Assembly: GCA_963707985.1 (NCBI GenBank)
Contig: CAVPRW010000024.1
Coordinates: 128,001-192,000 of the forward strand
Length of the DNA stretch: 64,000 nt
Direction of reading: 5' to 3'
DNA from: an uncultured Nitrospinota bacterium
GTDB lineage: Bacteria > Tectomicrobia > Entotheonellia > J063 > CAVPRW01
The notes beneath the pieces were generated by a model. That model searched no databases, had not been told where the DNA came from, and saw only the letters and a program-made list of their open reading frames with translations. Below are positions 1 through 10,231 of this stretch, piece after piece. A program made the position numbers and the translations under genes. Position 1 is the first letter of the stretch; every line of letters starts with the position of its first letter.

Positions 1-57
1 CAAATCGAGCACCTCTGTCGGGCGCGTCCGGAGATCGGTGAAGCGTAAGGTCCCCAT
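1..57 (-). mobile_element. N-terminus of a probable DDE transposase running off the window edge
   Basis: Minus-strand ATG at 57 with GGAGG RBS reads MGTLRFTDLRTRPTEVLDL, resembling IS5-like DDE transposase N-termini; only 19 codons visible. Confidence 0.5.
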
Positions 58-201
58 GGCGGTGGCCTCCTTTCCGTGGAGGCCTAGGATACCATAAATC
101 GGGATGAACTCTATTGATTACCACCTACCGTCAAGTGGACAGCCCATGAGGTCATAGGACCGGAGGCATCGGGTATCCACGATACCTTTTGATGTATGTG
201 A

Positions 202-230
202 TTGACACTGGCTCGCGACTGCAGTATACG
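202..230 (+). promoter_or_regulatory. sigma70-like promoter of the ABC substrate-binding gene
   Basis: TTGACA-17 nt-TATACG upstream of ATG 278. Confidence 0.55.
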
Positions 231-277
231 GATGGCTAGCACGACTCCGAAGGATAGCTTATTTAACAAGGAGGTGG

Positions 278-1930
278 ATGATGGATAAACCTGTTGACCG
301 CGGAAGGCTAGGGGGGCACGTCCAGCGTGTCGAACGCTGGGGCCTCACGATAGTGCTGCTGATTCTATATGGTCTTATTCCGGCCAATTATACATCCGTG
401 CTGGCCGCTGAGTCGCACGACAAGGGCGGGACCATTATCTGGGCGGTGCACGAGGGCATGCCAGACTTTGATCTCCACTACAGGACGACCTATATCGCCG
501 CGCAACCCGTTGGCCCGATATACAACGGCCTGCTGACATTCGACGTCTATAATAACGAGCAGATCGTCGGCGACCTGGCGGAACGCTGGGAGGTCGCCCC
601 CGATGGCAAGCAGATCACGTTTAATTTGCGCCGGGGCGTAAAGTTTCACGATGGGACGGACTTCACCTGCGCCGATGCCAAGTATAGCCTCGACAAGCTT
701 GCCGATCCCAAGCGTGCGGACCGTGCGTTCGTGGCGATCATGGAAGTGGTCTTCGAAAGCGCTACCTGCACGGATGATGCGACGCTCGTCGTGAACCTCA
801 AGCAGCCCTCGGCGGCGTTGTTGACCATGCTGGCAGGTGCGCATGCGGTGATGATGAAGGCTGGCATTGCCGAACAGGTGGACCGCAAAAACCCCAAATT
901 CCTGGTCGGTACCGGGCCGTTCAAATTCAAATCGTATACACCCGATGTGGAGTTTCGAGCCGAGCGAAACCCAAACTACTGGAAGCCCGGTCTGCCATAC
1001 ATCGATGAGTACAAGGCGATGGTCATGCCCGATCTGACCAGGATCTTTGCCTCGTTCCGCACCCGACAACTCACCATGACGGGGATCGGACGCCATCTCG
1101 AGCCGCCAGAGGCCGACATCCTGAAAAAGGACTTCCCCGACGCGGTCGTGGCGCTCGGACCACGCGCGGGGTGGGATGCGTTTGTGATGAACCTCACGAA
1201 GCCTCCGTTCAATGATCCACGCATGCGGAAAGCGGTGGCGCTGGCCACCGACCGGGAGAAGATGATCGCCATCGCGGCCGAGGGGTGGGGCGTGCTCGGG
1301 GGCTATATTGGTCCCCACACCCCCTATGGGCTGTCCCTGGACGAGTTGAAGCAGTATCCGCAGTTCAGCGACGATATGGCCAAACGCCAGGCAGAGGCCA
1401 AACGGCTCATCGCTGAGGCCGGGTATGCCCGAGGGGTGGACGTCGAGTTGGTGTTGCGCCGCGGCCCCATGTACGAACGTGGGGCGCTGTCCCGACAGGA
1501 TGATCTGAAAAAGGTGGGCATCAATATCAAGATCACTCTGCTGGATACGGCGGGCTTTCGCGATCGGCAGGTCGCGGGGGAATTTCAGGCCTATACAGTC
1601 CTAGCGGCGGTCCAGTTCGACGATCCGGACCAGTACTATGCGCGGCTGACCTGCAAATCACCATCGAACGATGGAAAGTATTGCAACCCGGAGTTTGATA
1701 AGCTCTTTGTGGAGCAGAGCCGAACGTTTGATGTCCAGAAGCGGGCAGAGATCACCCAGCAGATGGAGCGCATTCTCTTGCAGGATGTGCCGGATGCTCG
1801 TGGATTTTACTGGAAATCGGCTATGGCATATTGGAACCGGGTGAAGCACTGGCCCTCGCTCCAGGGGACAACGGTCTATAATTTTGGCAAGTTTGAGCAG
1901 GTGTGGTGCCAGGAAGGTAAGTGTATGTAG
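278..1930 (+). CDS. ABC transporter substrate-binding protein, family 5 (OppA/DppA-like)
   Basis: Signal peptide; GDLAERWE, FNLRRGVKFHDG, GTGPF and PPFNDPRMRKA motifs; no adjacent permease or ATPase. Confidence 0.92.
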   Translation: MMDKPVDRGRLGGHVQRVERWGLTIVLLILYGLIPANYTSVLAAESHDKGGTIIWAVHEGMPDFDLHYRTTYIAAQPVGPIYNGLLTFDVYNNEQIVGDLAERWEVAPDGKQITFNLRRGVKFHDGTDFTCADAKYSLDKLADPKRADRAFVAIMEVVFESATCTDDATLVVNLKQPSAALLTMLAGAHAVMMKAGIAEQVDRKNPKFLVGTGPFKFKSYTPDVEFRAERNPNYWKPGLPYIDEYKAMVMPDLTRIFASFRTRQLTMTGIGRHLEPPEADILKKDFPDAVVALGPRAGWDAFVMNLTKPPFNDPRMRKAVALATDREKMIAIAAEGWGVLGGYIGPHTPYGLSLDELKQYPQFSDDMAKRQAEAKRLIAEAGYARGVDVELVLRRGPMYERGALSRQDDLKKVGINIKITLLDTAGFRDRQVAGEFQAYTVLAAVQFDDPDQYYARLTCKSPSNDGKYCNPEFDKLFVEQSRTFDVQKRAEITQQMERILLQDVPDARGFYWKSAMAYWNRVKHWPSLQGTTVYNFGKFEQVWCQEGKCM

Positions 1931-2059
1931 ACCCTGATGGGAGGATTCCTGGCACAACCGAGACGGTTCGCTCAGTGGTCACCGCATCGGACGGTGGTCG
2001 TGCCAGGAATTCCGCTGTACCCAAGTGAAGAAGTTTCGCTTTCGCGACTTGCCTCCGAA

Positions 2060-2134
2060 CGTCCCCACGGGGATTCGAACCCCGGTTGCCGCCGTGAAAG
2101 GGCGATGTCCTAGACCAGGCTAGACGATGGGGAC
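2060..2134 (-). tRNA. tRNA-Glu (TTC)
   Basis: GTCCCCATCGTCTAGCCTGGTCTAGGACATCGCCC-TTTCAC-GGCGGCAACCGGGGTTCGAATCCCCGTGGGGACG cloverleaf; CCA not encoded. Confidence 0.97.
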
Positions 2135-2178
2135 GTTTAGACGTGAAGGCCTCAATGCCTGCTGTCTCTGCATTGGAA

Positions 2179-2251
2179 TGAGCCGCCCAGGACTCGAACC
2201 TGGTACCACCTGCTTAAAAGGCAGGTGCTCTGCCTGATGAGCTAGCGGCCC
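2179..2251 (-). tRNA. tRNA-Lys (TTT)
   Basis: GGGCCGCTAGCTCATCAGGCAGAGCACCTGCC-TTTTAA-GCAGGTGGTACCAGGTTCGAGTCCTGGGCGGCTCA cloverleaf. Confidence 0.96.
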
Positions 2252-2261
2252 AACTCGCGGC

Positions 2262-2290
2262 ATATTACAGACTTACACGATTGACGTCAA
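2262..2290 (-). promoter_or_regulatory. sigma70 promoter for tRNA-Lys/tRNA-Glu, overlapping the integrase 3' end
   Basis: Minus strand TTGACG-17 nt-TAATAT, 10 nt upstream of the tRNA-Lys 5' end. Confidence 0.7.
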
Positions 2291-2647
2291 GTGTTCTTTC
2301 CCCAGTTGTGCCCGAAATTGTGCCCGCCAGCTTCCGGGCCACTTCTTGCAGATCGGCAGGGCTGACAATGTCATACCTGTCGAAAACGGAACGTGTCTTA
2401 TGTCCCGTGACCTTCATTGCAACCCTTTCGGACACACCCACGTTCACCATATTACGCACGGCCGTCCGTCGGAAGTCATGGCGCAGCATACCAAGATACC
2501 GACCTTCGCGCAAGCTGCCTTCCACGCATTCTTAAGATCCTGGATGCGCTTACCCTTGTGGCGTCCTCGCAAGTGCGGGAAAAGGTACGGGATGATCTGC
2601 TCTGTCTCGCGCTCTATCCCCCGCATCCGTTCGATCTGTGCTGCCAA
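2265..2647 (-). pseudogene. Tyrosine integrase C-terminal remnant 1, frameshifted and truncated by IS3
   Basis: PYLFPHL...[12 protein letters not shown], then [11 protein letters not shown]...[16 protein letters not shown] (HxxR, GH, catalytic Y). Confidence 0.9.
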
Positions 2648-3906
2648 TGTTGTGGTCAAGGAAAAACGGACACTGAGTGAAGCAACCAGAGCCAATGCTG
2701 CGTATGCATTGGGACTGACATATCCGAGATACGAATGCGTCCGCCGGCTGTTGTCGGACATCTCGATGCCATCGATGCTATCGTCCCGCGCTTCTTGCCG
2801 GGTGGCGTCATCACGCGGCGCTGGCCGTGCGTGCGTTACACTGCCGAAGCCTCTCTCGGCCACCGCATGGTCAAGACCCTCGCCCGTCGCGCGCATGCTC
2901 CAGACCATCCCCTGCTGCGCCAGCAGATCTGGGTAGGCCTGACTCGCGTATGGGCGGCCACGCTCCGCATGAGGCAGGCGACCCGTCGATGGCTGGCGAC
3001 GCCAACGCGCCATCTTGAAGGCATCCTGCACCACGGTCGTCTCGAGAGCACGACTCATGGCCCACCCCACCACGTTGCTCGCATAGAGGTCTCGCCGCAC
3101 GGAGACAGACCACCAGCCCTCCGCTGTCCACATAGACGTGATATCGCCTGCCCACACATCCGTGGGCGGCTGCACATCACCCTGGCGCGCCAGCCGGTGG
3201 GGAGCCACGGCAGAGCCAGGGCGGCGGTCGGGGCTGAGCGGACCCCGCCGTTTCGGACGCTTGACCGCCCCCCCAGCCGCTGTCAGCAACCGCCTCGCCT
3301 GGGCACGGCCGACAGACAACCCCTCATCCGGTCGCTGGTTGGCCATGCGACGACGGCCATACCTGTGGCGCGTCTCCGTCGCCAGCGCCTGGATGCGGGC
3401 CCATACGGCCAGGGCCGCCGCCTCGACGTCCGCTGTCGCCTGTCGAGGCAGATCCTCATAACACCCACGGCGACTGACGTCGAGCCCCTCGCACCGCCCC
3501 GCCACCGGCCATCTCTCCTGAGGCTCGGCCATCCAGGCGTCGCTCAGTTCGACCCGCTGGCACAGGAGCCCAGGGCTTTTGTTAACATCTCACGTTCCCT
3601 CCGTAGCCGCTTCTGTTCGTCGCGCCGCCGGTGGCGTGCTGCCGGCTCTGGCGACACGCGACCGTTGCCGGGAAAGGCGGCGGGCGCTTTCGTGGCCTAG
3701 GCGCGCTGCCAGCCACCCAGCCTAGTCGCATTGATGCCCACATGGCGGGCCGTTTCAGACACCCCGTCGCCCTGCTCGGTCACGAGTCGAACGGCTCCTC
3801 GCGTGCATTCATCGCCATAGTTGCGTCGTGGCTCTGCCCTCGTGGACACCTCCTCTCGCGATCGTATCACCCTTATCCAGGTGTCCGTTTTCATTCAACC
3901 ACAACA
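2648..3906 (-). mobile_element. IS3-family element, degenerate orfA/orfB
   Basis: 26-bp imperfect terminal IRs (TGTTGTGGTCAAGGAAAAACGGACAC / GTGTCCGTTTTCATTCAACCACAACA), TG...CA ends, 1259 bp; rve motifs WAGDIT, VVGWAMS, HSYLGYVSP. Confidence 0.9.
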
Positions 3907-4310
3907 GCCGGAGGTGGATCGGCTTCGAGCGACGTTCCTCCAGGCAGAGATCAGAGCCGGTGGCATCCTCTCATGGATAGGCTCGGATTGGCCGTGTGGC
4001 AGGAGCGAGGTGTGGCGGGTCAGCCGGAGGTCGTCGGAACGCTCATGCTGAAGGAGGGTACAAGCTGGATTACGGTCCATCTTGAGCCCCCATCGCCAAG
4101 ACTGAAACCTGCGCAGTAGCACCTGGCGGCGTGCCCGGTCGCCGTAACGAGAGTGGGGTTGCAATGTATTCGCAGTGATGGCCTCATCCTCGTTGAAGCG
4201 AACGCGGAGCCACTCATCTCGTGGCCCGTTCGACGGCTTCGTTGTATAATCGTCATCAGTTTTTCTGCCCAGAGCCATCTGTCCATGAGTCGGAATGGGG
4301 GAGTCGAGCT

Positions 4311-4544
4311 ATGAAGCCAATACGCATCCGGTTCTGCAAGGTTTGAGCGTCGTACCCGCCAAAAGCCGCCCGTGTGGCGGAGTTAATCAAGCAAGAGTTG
4401 GGGATACAGCCGGAGTTGGTTGAAGGCGATCGTGGGGAGTTCACGGTCTGGGTCGGAGACCGGATGGTGGCACAGAAGGGTTGGGTCAGATTCCCGCAGG
4501 ATAAGAAAGTGCTGTCAGCGGTGCAGCAGGCCCTCACGGAGTAG
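4311..4544 (+). CDS. Rdx/SelW-family selenoprotein (CxxU), 77 aa
   Basis: MKPIRIRFCKV-[TGA 4344-4346]-ASYPPKAARVAELIKQELGIQPELVEGDRGEFTVWVGDRMVAQK...; GGAG RBS; hairpin after the TGA. Confidence 0.82.
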
Positions 4545-4732
4545 CCAGCGGGCGGACGGATACGGCTGTTCGGGCCGCTCTGAGATACTCCCTCTAGGAG
4601 CGAGGGCGCCCGTCTTACTGGGCCTTGCCGCCGACACGCTCACGCACCTATTAGCCGATGTGGTGGACACGGGACCGGTCAGCCGCCCCTCGTCAGACAT
4701 CTGTACGGGGCCGCAAGCCCGCTGAGGTCGAC

Positions 4733-4930
4733 ATGGTGCTTCGCCCCCTGTTGGCAACTGATGCCGAGGCGTACCAGGTATTACGTCTACGCTCGTCACG
4801 GGAGCATCCAGAGGCCTTTGCACTCGCCTCCGAAGACGGACAACCGACCACTGTGGAGATGGTCGCGAGGCGTTTAGCGCAGTCAGTTTTTCAGAGAGTT
4901 GCCTTCGATTTGTTGTGCAAAACTCAATAG
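4733..4930 (+). pseudogene. GNAT acetyltransferase N-terminal fragment
   Basis: MVLRPLLATDAEAYQVLRLRSSREHPEAFA resembles GNAT N-termini; ends after about 65 aa. Confidence 0.6.
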
Positions 4931-4951
4931 TGATGAACAGGAGGCCAATTG

Positions 4952-5152
4952 ATGGCCCAGATTACCTTGACCCAAGAGGAAGCGGCTGCCCTCCGAATGG
5001 CACTCAGCAGTTATGTGTCTGATCTCTGGATGGAGATTGCGCATACGGACTCGTGGCAGTTCCGGCAGAACCTCAAGCGGGAAGAGGCGCTCCTAAAGAA
5101 ACTTATGGAACAGCTCGACGCCGAACTGGCTTCAGCAGGGACATCCTCATAG
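4952..5152 (+). CDS. Small helical hypothetical protein
   Basis: AGGAGG RBS; MAQITLTQEEAAALRMALSSYVSDLWMEIAHTDS... Confidence 0.7.
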   Translation: MAQITLTQEEAAALRMALSSYVSDLWMEIAHTDSWQFRQNLKREEALLKKLMEQLDAELASAGTSS

Positions 5153-5365
5153 CCTGGCGCTCTTAGCCCCGGCATGAAGCCGACGTGCTGAGCTCAGTCC
5201 TGCCCATCACCCGGCCTCTCCCATCCCCATCAGCCTCCCCAGGCTGCCTCACAATCAACGCCCAATGGTAGGGGATACACTGGCCAAATCCTTGCGCGGC
5301 TGTCACATCTCGGGACGGAGGATACCCGCGCAGCATGATGGGCGCGGGGACCTATAGCCTCGGGC

Positions 5366-5821
5366 TTATGGCGGCGTGGGGGCCACCGGTCGCCATCCTC
5401 CTGGACATTGCTGCACGTAGGGGTAATACCCGCCCGGATTGTCACAGTAATACCACGAGGCCAATGGCGGGGGCTGGGCAGGGGCCGGTGCCGAGGGTTG
5501 CACATAGACTTGGGTGGATGGCACGGTGACGACGGGCGGGTAGCCATAGGGGTAGGCATAGGACCCCCAGTATGGCCCCCAAGACGGCCCCCAGTATGGC
5601 CCGACGCCGATGCCGATCCCAACCCGTGGGCCTCCCCACCACCCGCCTCCATGCCACCCACCTCCATGCCACCCGCCTCCATGCCACCCACCTCCATGCC
5701 ACCCACCTCCATGCCACCCGCCTCCATGCCCGCCCTGCCAGGCATAGCCTGCTCCCGCGCTGCCCCAGAGCAGCATCGCCAGTATGACGATCATCCGCAT
5801 CCACTTCTGTTGTGGTCCCAT
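5366..5821 (-). CDS. Secreted Gly/Trp/His- and Pro-rich protein
   Basis: Signal peptide, (GGWHG)n repeats, C-terminal WYYCDNPGGYYPYVQQCPGGW. Confidence 0.85.
   Translation of the reverse strand: MGPQQKWMRMIVILAMLLWGSAGAGYAWQGGHGGGWHGGGWHGGGWHGGGWHGGGWHGGGWWGGPRVGIGIGVGPYWGPSWGPYWGSYAYPYGYPPVVTVPSTQVYVQPSAPAPAQPPPLASWYYCDNPGGYYPYVQQCPGGWRPVAPTPP
5639..5728. repeat. 15-bp tandem repeat, about 6 copies (CCACCCRCCTCCATG), encoding GGWHG
   Basis: Directly visible tandem units. Confidence 0.9.
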
Positions 5822-6019
5822 CGTCCTCACCTTCCCGACATCCCAGGGTTCGTCCCTTATGAGACTCCTCGCATACACGCATACGTATACAGTATACCCC
5901 TCATCTCCCCGGCATGGCCATGAGAGAGGAGAGGGGGCATCGGCAGCCGATGGCCTGGGATGCTACCGTTGCTACCCCGTCTGCCGATGCCCGGTGTTGA
6001 CGTGGGTTGCAGGAGTCGC

Positions 6020-6345
6020 CATAGAGGCCAATCGCGGACCGTGCCCTCACGTCCCGGCACACACGTGTGATGCCATGCATCCGAGCAGGCATACCGCGCA
6101 GCGATGAGCAGGGCTAGCAGCCAGGCGTGGGTGCGGCGGGCACTGGGTCGCCGCAGGGCGCCATACACGAGGAGGATTCATACCGCATACACGGTCACAT
6201 GGCCCAGTTTGCGCACGATGAAGTCATCGATCGGCGCGAAGGGCGAGGCGAACGAGGGGGGCGCGGAGAGGGCGAAGAGGACCCCCAGCCAACAGACCAC
6301 CAGTAGCCACCGCACGAGGACTCTGCTCCGACCCCGAGGCATCTC
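6020..6345 (-). pseudogene. VanZ-family membrane protein, disrupted
   Basis: VRKLGHVTVYAV*ILLVYGAL...ARYACSDAWHHTCVPGREGTVRD matches the VanZ RKxxH / SDExHQxFVPGR pattern; internal stop at 6178-6180; boundaries approximate. Confidence 0.7.
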
Positions 6346-7254
6346 CATCCACCGCCGTTCGGAAGGGGGGCACATCCCCAGCGTACCATACCTCCCGCCA
6401 GAATGCCCCTAGATGAGGTCTCATGAGGTCTGGAGTGTTGGAATGTTCTCGTGGGGGCGACACGCGCCTCTGGCCCAGGGGGACCCTGGGCAACCTCCTC
6501 CTCTCAAGGGGAGCTGTGAGGCTGAGACCTGCACAGAGCCCCAGCCCAACGGCAGCTTGTGTGTGCGGCCGGACATGCCCCGCGACGCTGCCCTCGGAGG
6601 CCGGGGGAGGGGACGCGTCCAGCTATGTGTCTGGGGATTCTATTCGTTCGTGAGCACAGGAGAGTCAACGAGTGGCCCCCTCCTGGGGACCCTTGGCAAT
6701 CATGGTTCCTGGTGGGCTGTGTGTACGTGTACATGCCCCATGCTACAGCCCCTACAGCCGTGGGAGGGGTGCCCTGGGCAGCCCATTGTTGGCTCAGTCG
6801 TCTGTCTGCAGAGGTGAGCCACTGTACCTGTGAATGATGCATTCTTCAGTACTCCCTTATCGACCATCTTGACAGCCCAGCCCAGTAGGCACACGGATCA
6901 CACCTGCTTCGTTGAAGTGGGGGCAGAAGGGATAAGGTAGCATCGTAAGCCTGTAGCAGGCAGAAGGTGCAACATGGCCTGTACTGCAGGGGAGATGGAG
7001 CGGAGATTTACACGATGGCATGGTAGAGCTAAGCAGGGCTATTCCTTGGTAAGCACCGAAGGCGGAGATTGGCCTCTTCTCTGATCGATCTCTCTGGCAC
7101 GCTCGCGCCCACGATTAGCAGCCTGAAAGCCTATGCCCAACTGTGCCCGCGAGGGGCTATAACTGACCCAAAACCACCCGCCGCCAGTCAAGTAGAAAAA
7201 GAAAACCCTCTGGGTAAATTGTTGATTTACCGGGGGGTCTGATTTTGGGAGGAG

Positions 7255-7294
7255 GCTTAAAAGGCAGGTGCTCTCCCTGATGAGCTAGCGGCCC
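7255..7294 (-). repeat. 40-bp direct repeat of the tRNA-Lys 5' half (att site)
   Basis: GCTTAAAAGGCAGGTGCTCTCCCTGATGAGCTAGCGGCCC matches 2212-2251 with one mismatch. Confidence 0.95.
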
Positions 7295-7299
7295 ATCGT

Positions 7300-8037
7300 G
7301 TGCTACAGGCTGAGCTGTCCGTGTTGGGTCCGTATCAGAGGCATGGCTTCCAATATACCGGGCCCGTTGGGCGGCTGCCTGGGCCACATCCCGCTCTGTG
7401 ATGATGTTGTAGCGGTCAAACACCGCCCGGGGCCTATGCCCCGGGCCATAACCATGCCCTCTGGTACACCAGCCCTGATAAAATTACGGACTACTGTCCG
7501 TCCTTTATCATGAAACAGGGTGTTAGGGCAACCCACCGCCTCGGTGGCCTGTTCCCACACGGGCCTCCACTGTTGAAGGCGTTTCCCTTAGCCGCTGCAA
7601 GTGGGGCTTGGCCTGTACCCAGTCCTCACGGATCGCCAGGGTGAACATGCGGCCCCAGGCCCCCAGGTCTTTATTCACGGTAGCGGCTGACGCGCCCATC
7701 GCCAGGCGTTGCTGCGGGTAAGCCCTCAAGTCGCTGCTCACAATGCAGTCAATACGTACATCAGCATACACTATGGCAGGTTATTCACCTGATCTTCGGC
7801 CCACTCCCTGGACCGTCGGCCCTTGAGCGCGTGGTCTTGCACATACAGGGCAGCAATGTGCTCAAAATGATGCTCGACTATGGGCCGGGGTGACGTGGCC
7901 AAAGGTTGCCATAATAACTGCAGGGCCACGGCTTTATCAGGTGAGCGGATACTCGCCCGCTGCTCGTGGCCCTCGCCATCATACCAGGCCACCCACCACA
8001 CATTACCCCGTTTGAATACTCTCCCCTGTCCGTTCAT
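7300..8037 (-). pseudogene. Tyrosine integrase remnant 2, with multiple frameshifts and deletions
   Basis: MNGQGRVFKRGNVWWVAWYD; ATVNKDL; LFHDKGRTVVRNFIRAGVPE; FDRYNIITERD. Confidence 0.85.
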
Positions 8038-8219
8038 GGCACAGCCAGATAGCATGAACAGCAGGCCCCGGTCAAGCCAAGAGGGGAGAAAGGGGAGTGA
8101 GTGGGCTGCCGGGCACTACGTCGCCTATTCTTGTGATTATAGCCCTTCTGTTTGCAGAAATACGACGTATACACGCGGGTGGCCCTCTTACCACCCAGCC
8201 CTCTGAGTAGCATATCGTA

Positions 8220-9110
8220 TAACCAGTGTCTGGAAGTACTCGGTCAGCAGTCGCCGCAGATGGCGCTCGTGCAGGACGATGACATGGTCCAGGCATTCAC
8301 GGCGGATACTCCCGATCAGCGGCTCGACATACGGATGCTGCCACGGACTTCGGGGGGGCAGTCACCTCTTCTTCGATGCCCATGTGCCGCATCCGCTGCC
8401 GAAAGGCAGCGCCGTAGATCCGATCACGGTCGCGGTGGAGATACCACGGGGCCTCGCCCCATGGGACTGCTTCCACGACCTGCTGGGCCGTCCATGCGAC
8501 GGTGGGATGCTCAGTGACGTTGACATGTACGAGACGTCGTCGCTCATGGGCCAGGATGAGCAGAACAAACAGTACTTTGTGGGTGACCGTCGGCACGACA
8601 AAGAAATCCAGGGACACCAGATCCGGCGCGTTGTTCTTGAGGAAAGTCTTCCACGTCGGTGACGGCGGCCTGTGTGGCCGCACCCGATACTTCTCCACCG
8701 TCGATTGGGCCACGTCGATCCCCAGTTTCCGAGGTTGCCCACCGATCCGAGGTGAACCCCACGTGGGATTGGCCTGCCACATCGCCTGGATAAGCTCGCG
8801 GACCTCTTTGGCAATCGTTGGACGGCCGGGCGTGCCTGGCTGGCTCAGTTGTCGCTAGTGGTCGCGAAAGCGCTGGCGCTGCCAAACAATAACGGTACGA
8901 GGCTGAACGAACGCCAGGCCATGTTGCCAGCCTGACTACAGACGAGACAGCCACGCCTAGAACAGACGATCGGTCGACCGGAGGCGGGGGCGATCAATGG
9001 TCTGTTGATAGACCGCCAATTGATGCCGCAGGGCCAGTGGTTCCAGGCACAGTGGACCGAAAGAGGCCCGCAACGAAGGCCAGCAGAGCCGAGATGACGG
9101 GAAGCATGAT
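8220..9110 (-). mobile_element. Degenerate transposase with rve integrase core
   Basis: ANPTWGSPRI...LDFFVVPTV...HVNVTEHPT..WTAQQ..EAVPW...RDRDRIYG, broken by stops and frameshifts; boundaries approximate. Confidence 0.8.
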
Positions 9111-9332
9111 CAGAAACCTCCTTACACTGGCATGTCGGAAGATGGAGAAGTCCGCTGGTCCAGCATGAGGAGGAAATCGAAAAAGGTCAAGTCTATGAAT
9201 AGCTTTAGGGTTTCTGGATACACACCTCCTATCACACCCTCCTCTCCACAAAAGACCTGACGGGTCCTGGCTGCCACTGGTAACTGTATTCCACGCTGAT
9301 GATCAGGCGTTCCGTGGCGCTATCATAGCTTT

Positions 9333-10231
9333 CTATTGATGGCCTTGTGATTGGAGCACCTCGAACAGGCGCCGCTTGGGCTTCGTATCCAAGGTCTGGA
9401 CAAGCCCAAAGCATTTGCTGGAGGGGATATCCGCCTCATCCGCTCGGCGAAAGGCCAGAATGCTCTTGCCGACGATGACTTCGACGTGCCCCTTCTTCTC
9501 GTCCCAATCGCGCCCATATCCACCATCGATGCCCACCGTCATCGGCCCATCGGGAATCCGTAAACAGCCCCAGCCGGCCGGACAGCCCTGGACAAAGACC
9601 CACTGCTCTTCGCCCAGTTCGTCTTCACAGCGTGGCGTGACCGTGAGGGTATGGTTCTGCACCGTTGTCGCGTTCAGGGTCGCGTCCACGGGGAGAAAGT
9701 CCTTCAGCGCCTGCGCCGTCAGGCCATAGGACACTAGCGAGGCGCACGTGGTCTCCATGAAGAGCAGCTCGGGGGCGACTGCGTTGGTCAGCAGAGCATT
9801 CAGCGGCCGGAAGGTGGTTGTCTGGCGACGTTGGCTGCGACAATGCTACAGCCGCGGACTGGTGAGCGTCACCGTGCTAAAGAGCGTACGGAAGCTACGC
9901 GTGTGATACCCTTTGACCCCGAGAGACTTCCTACAGTGGTCACACTGAGGTTGGGCCGCCACAAAGGCCGTCGCGTGCTGTTCCACTAGCTGTTGGTGGA
10001 GCGTCTTGAGGACGGACTTCGCTTCGGCCAACGGGAAGCCCAGATGCTCGATCCGCTGGTGCGGCTTCTCCACCATCGCGATCTCTTGAACCTGCTCTGC
10101 ACGACCATCCTCTGCACACACGACAAGCGGCACCTTGATCTTCATGAGAGGTCCTCCCATCTAGGGCATACCGATTGAGGGGCGCATTCTACCCCGGACG
10201 GATGAGTTACCCCCAGGTTTTTGATCCTCTC
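9333..10231 (-). mobile_element. ISKra4-family transposase remnant, 3' part lost
   Basis: MKIKVPLVVCAEDG...LAEAKSVL...CDHC...FRTLF..VTLTSPRL; ASLVSYG; MTVGIDGGY; VEVIVGKS; probable element end near 10231. Confidence 0.8.

Noticed and set aside
365..1318. Long antisense ORFs (also 14511-15605, 19535-20551, 21351-22322, 25215-26105)
   Set aside because: Shadow frames of GC-rich genes with no recognisable motifs
2444..3532. 362-aa ORF as a functional transposase-integrase fusion
   Set aside because: Degenerate IS3 orfB reading through the IR into the integrase remnant; catalytic motifs are eroded
5160..5210. Second attC-like start (CTTAGCCCCGGCATGAAGCCGACG)
   Set aside because: Lacks the AAC core and a matching GTT right half; too degenerate to call
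5639..5728. Repeat array as CRISPR
   Set aside because: No spacers; it is a coding 15-bp tandem repeat. No CRISPR array or cas gene was seen in the window
6178..6180. In-frame TGA in the VanZ-like gene as selenocysteine
   Set aside because: Falls in a TM helix with no Cys motif, and the gene is otherwise degenerate
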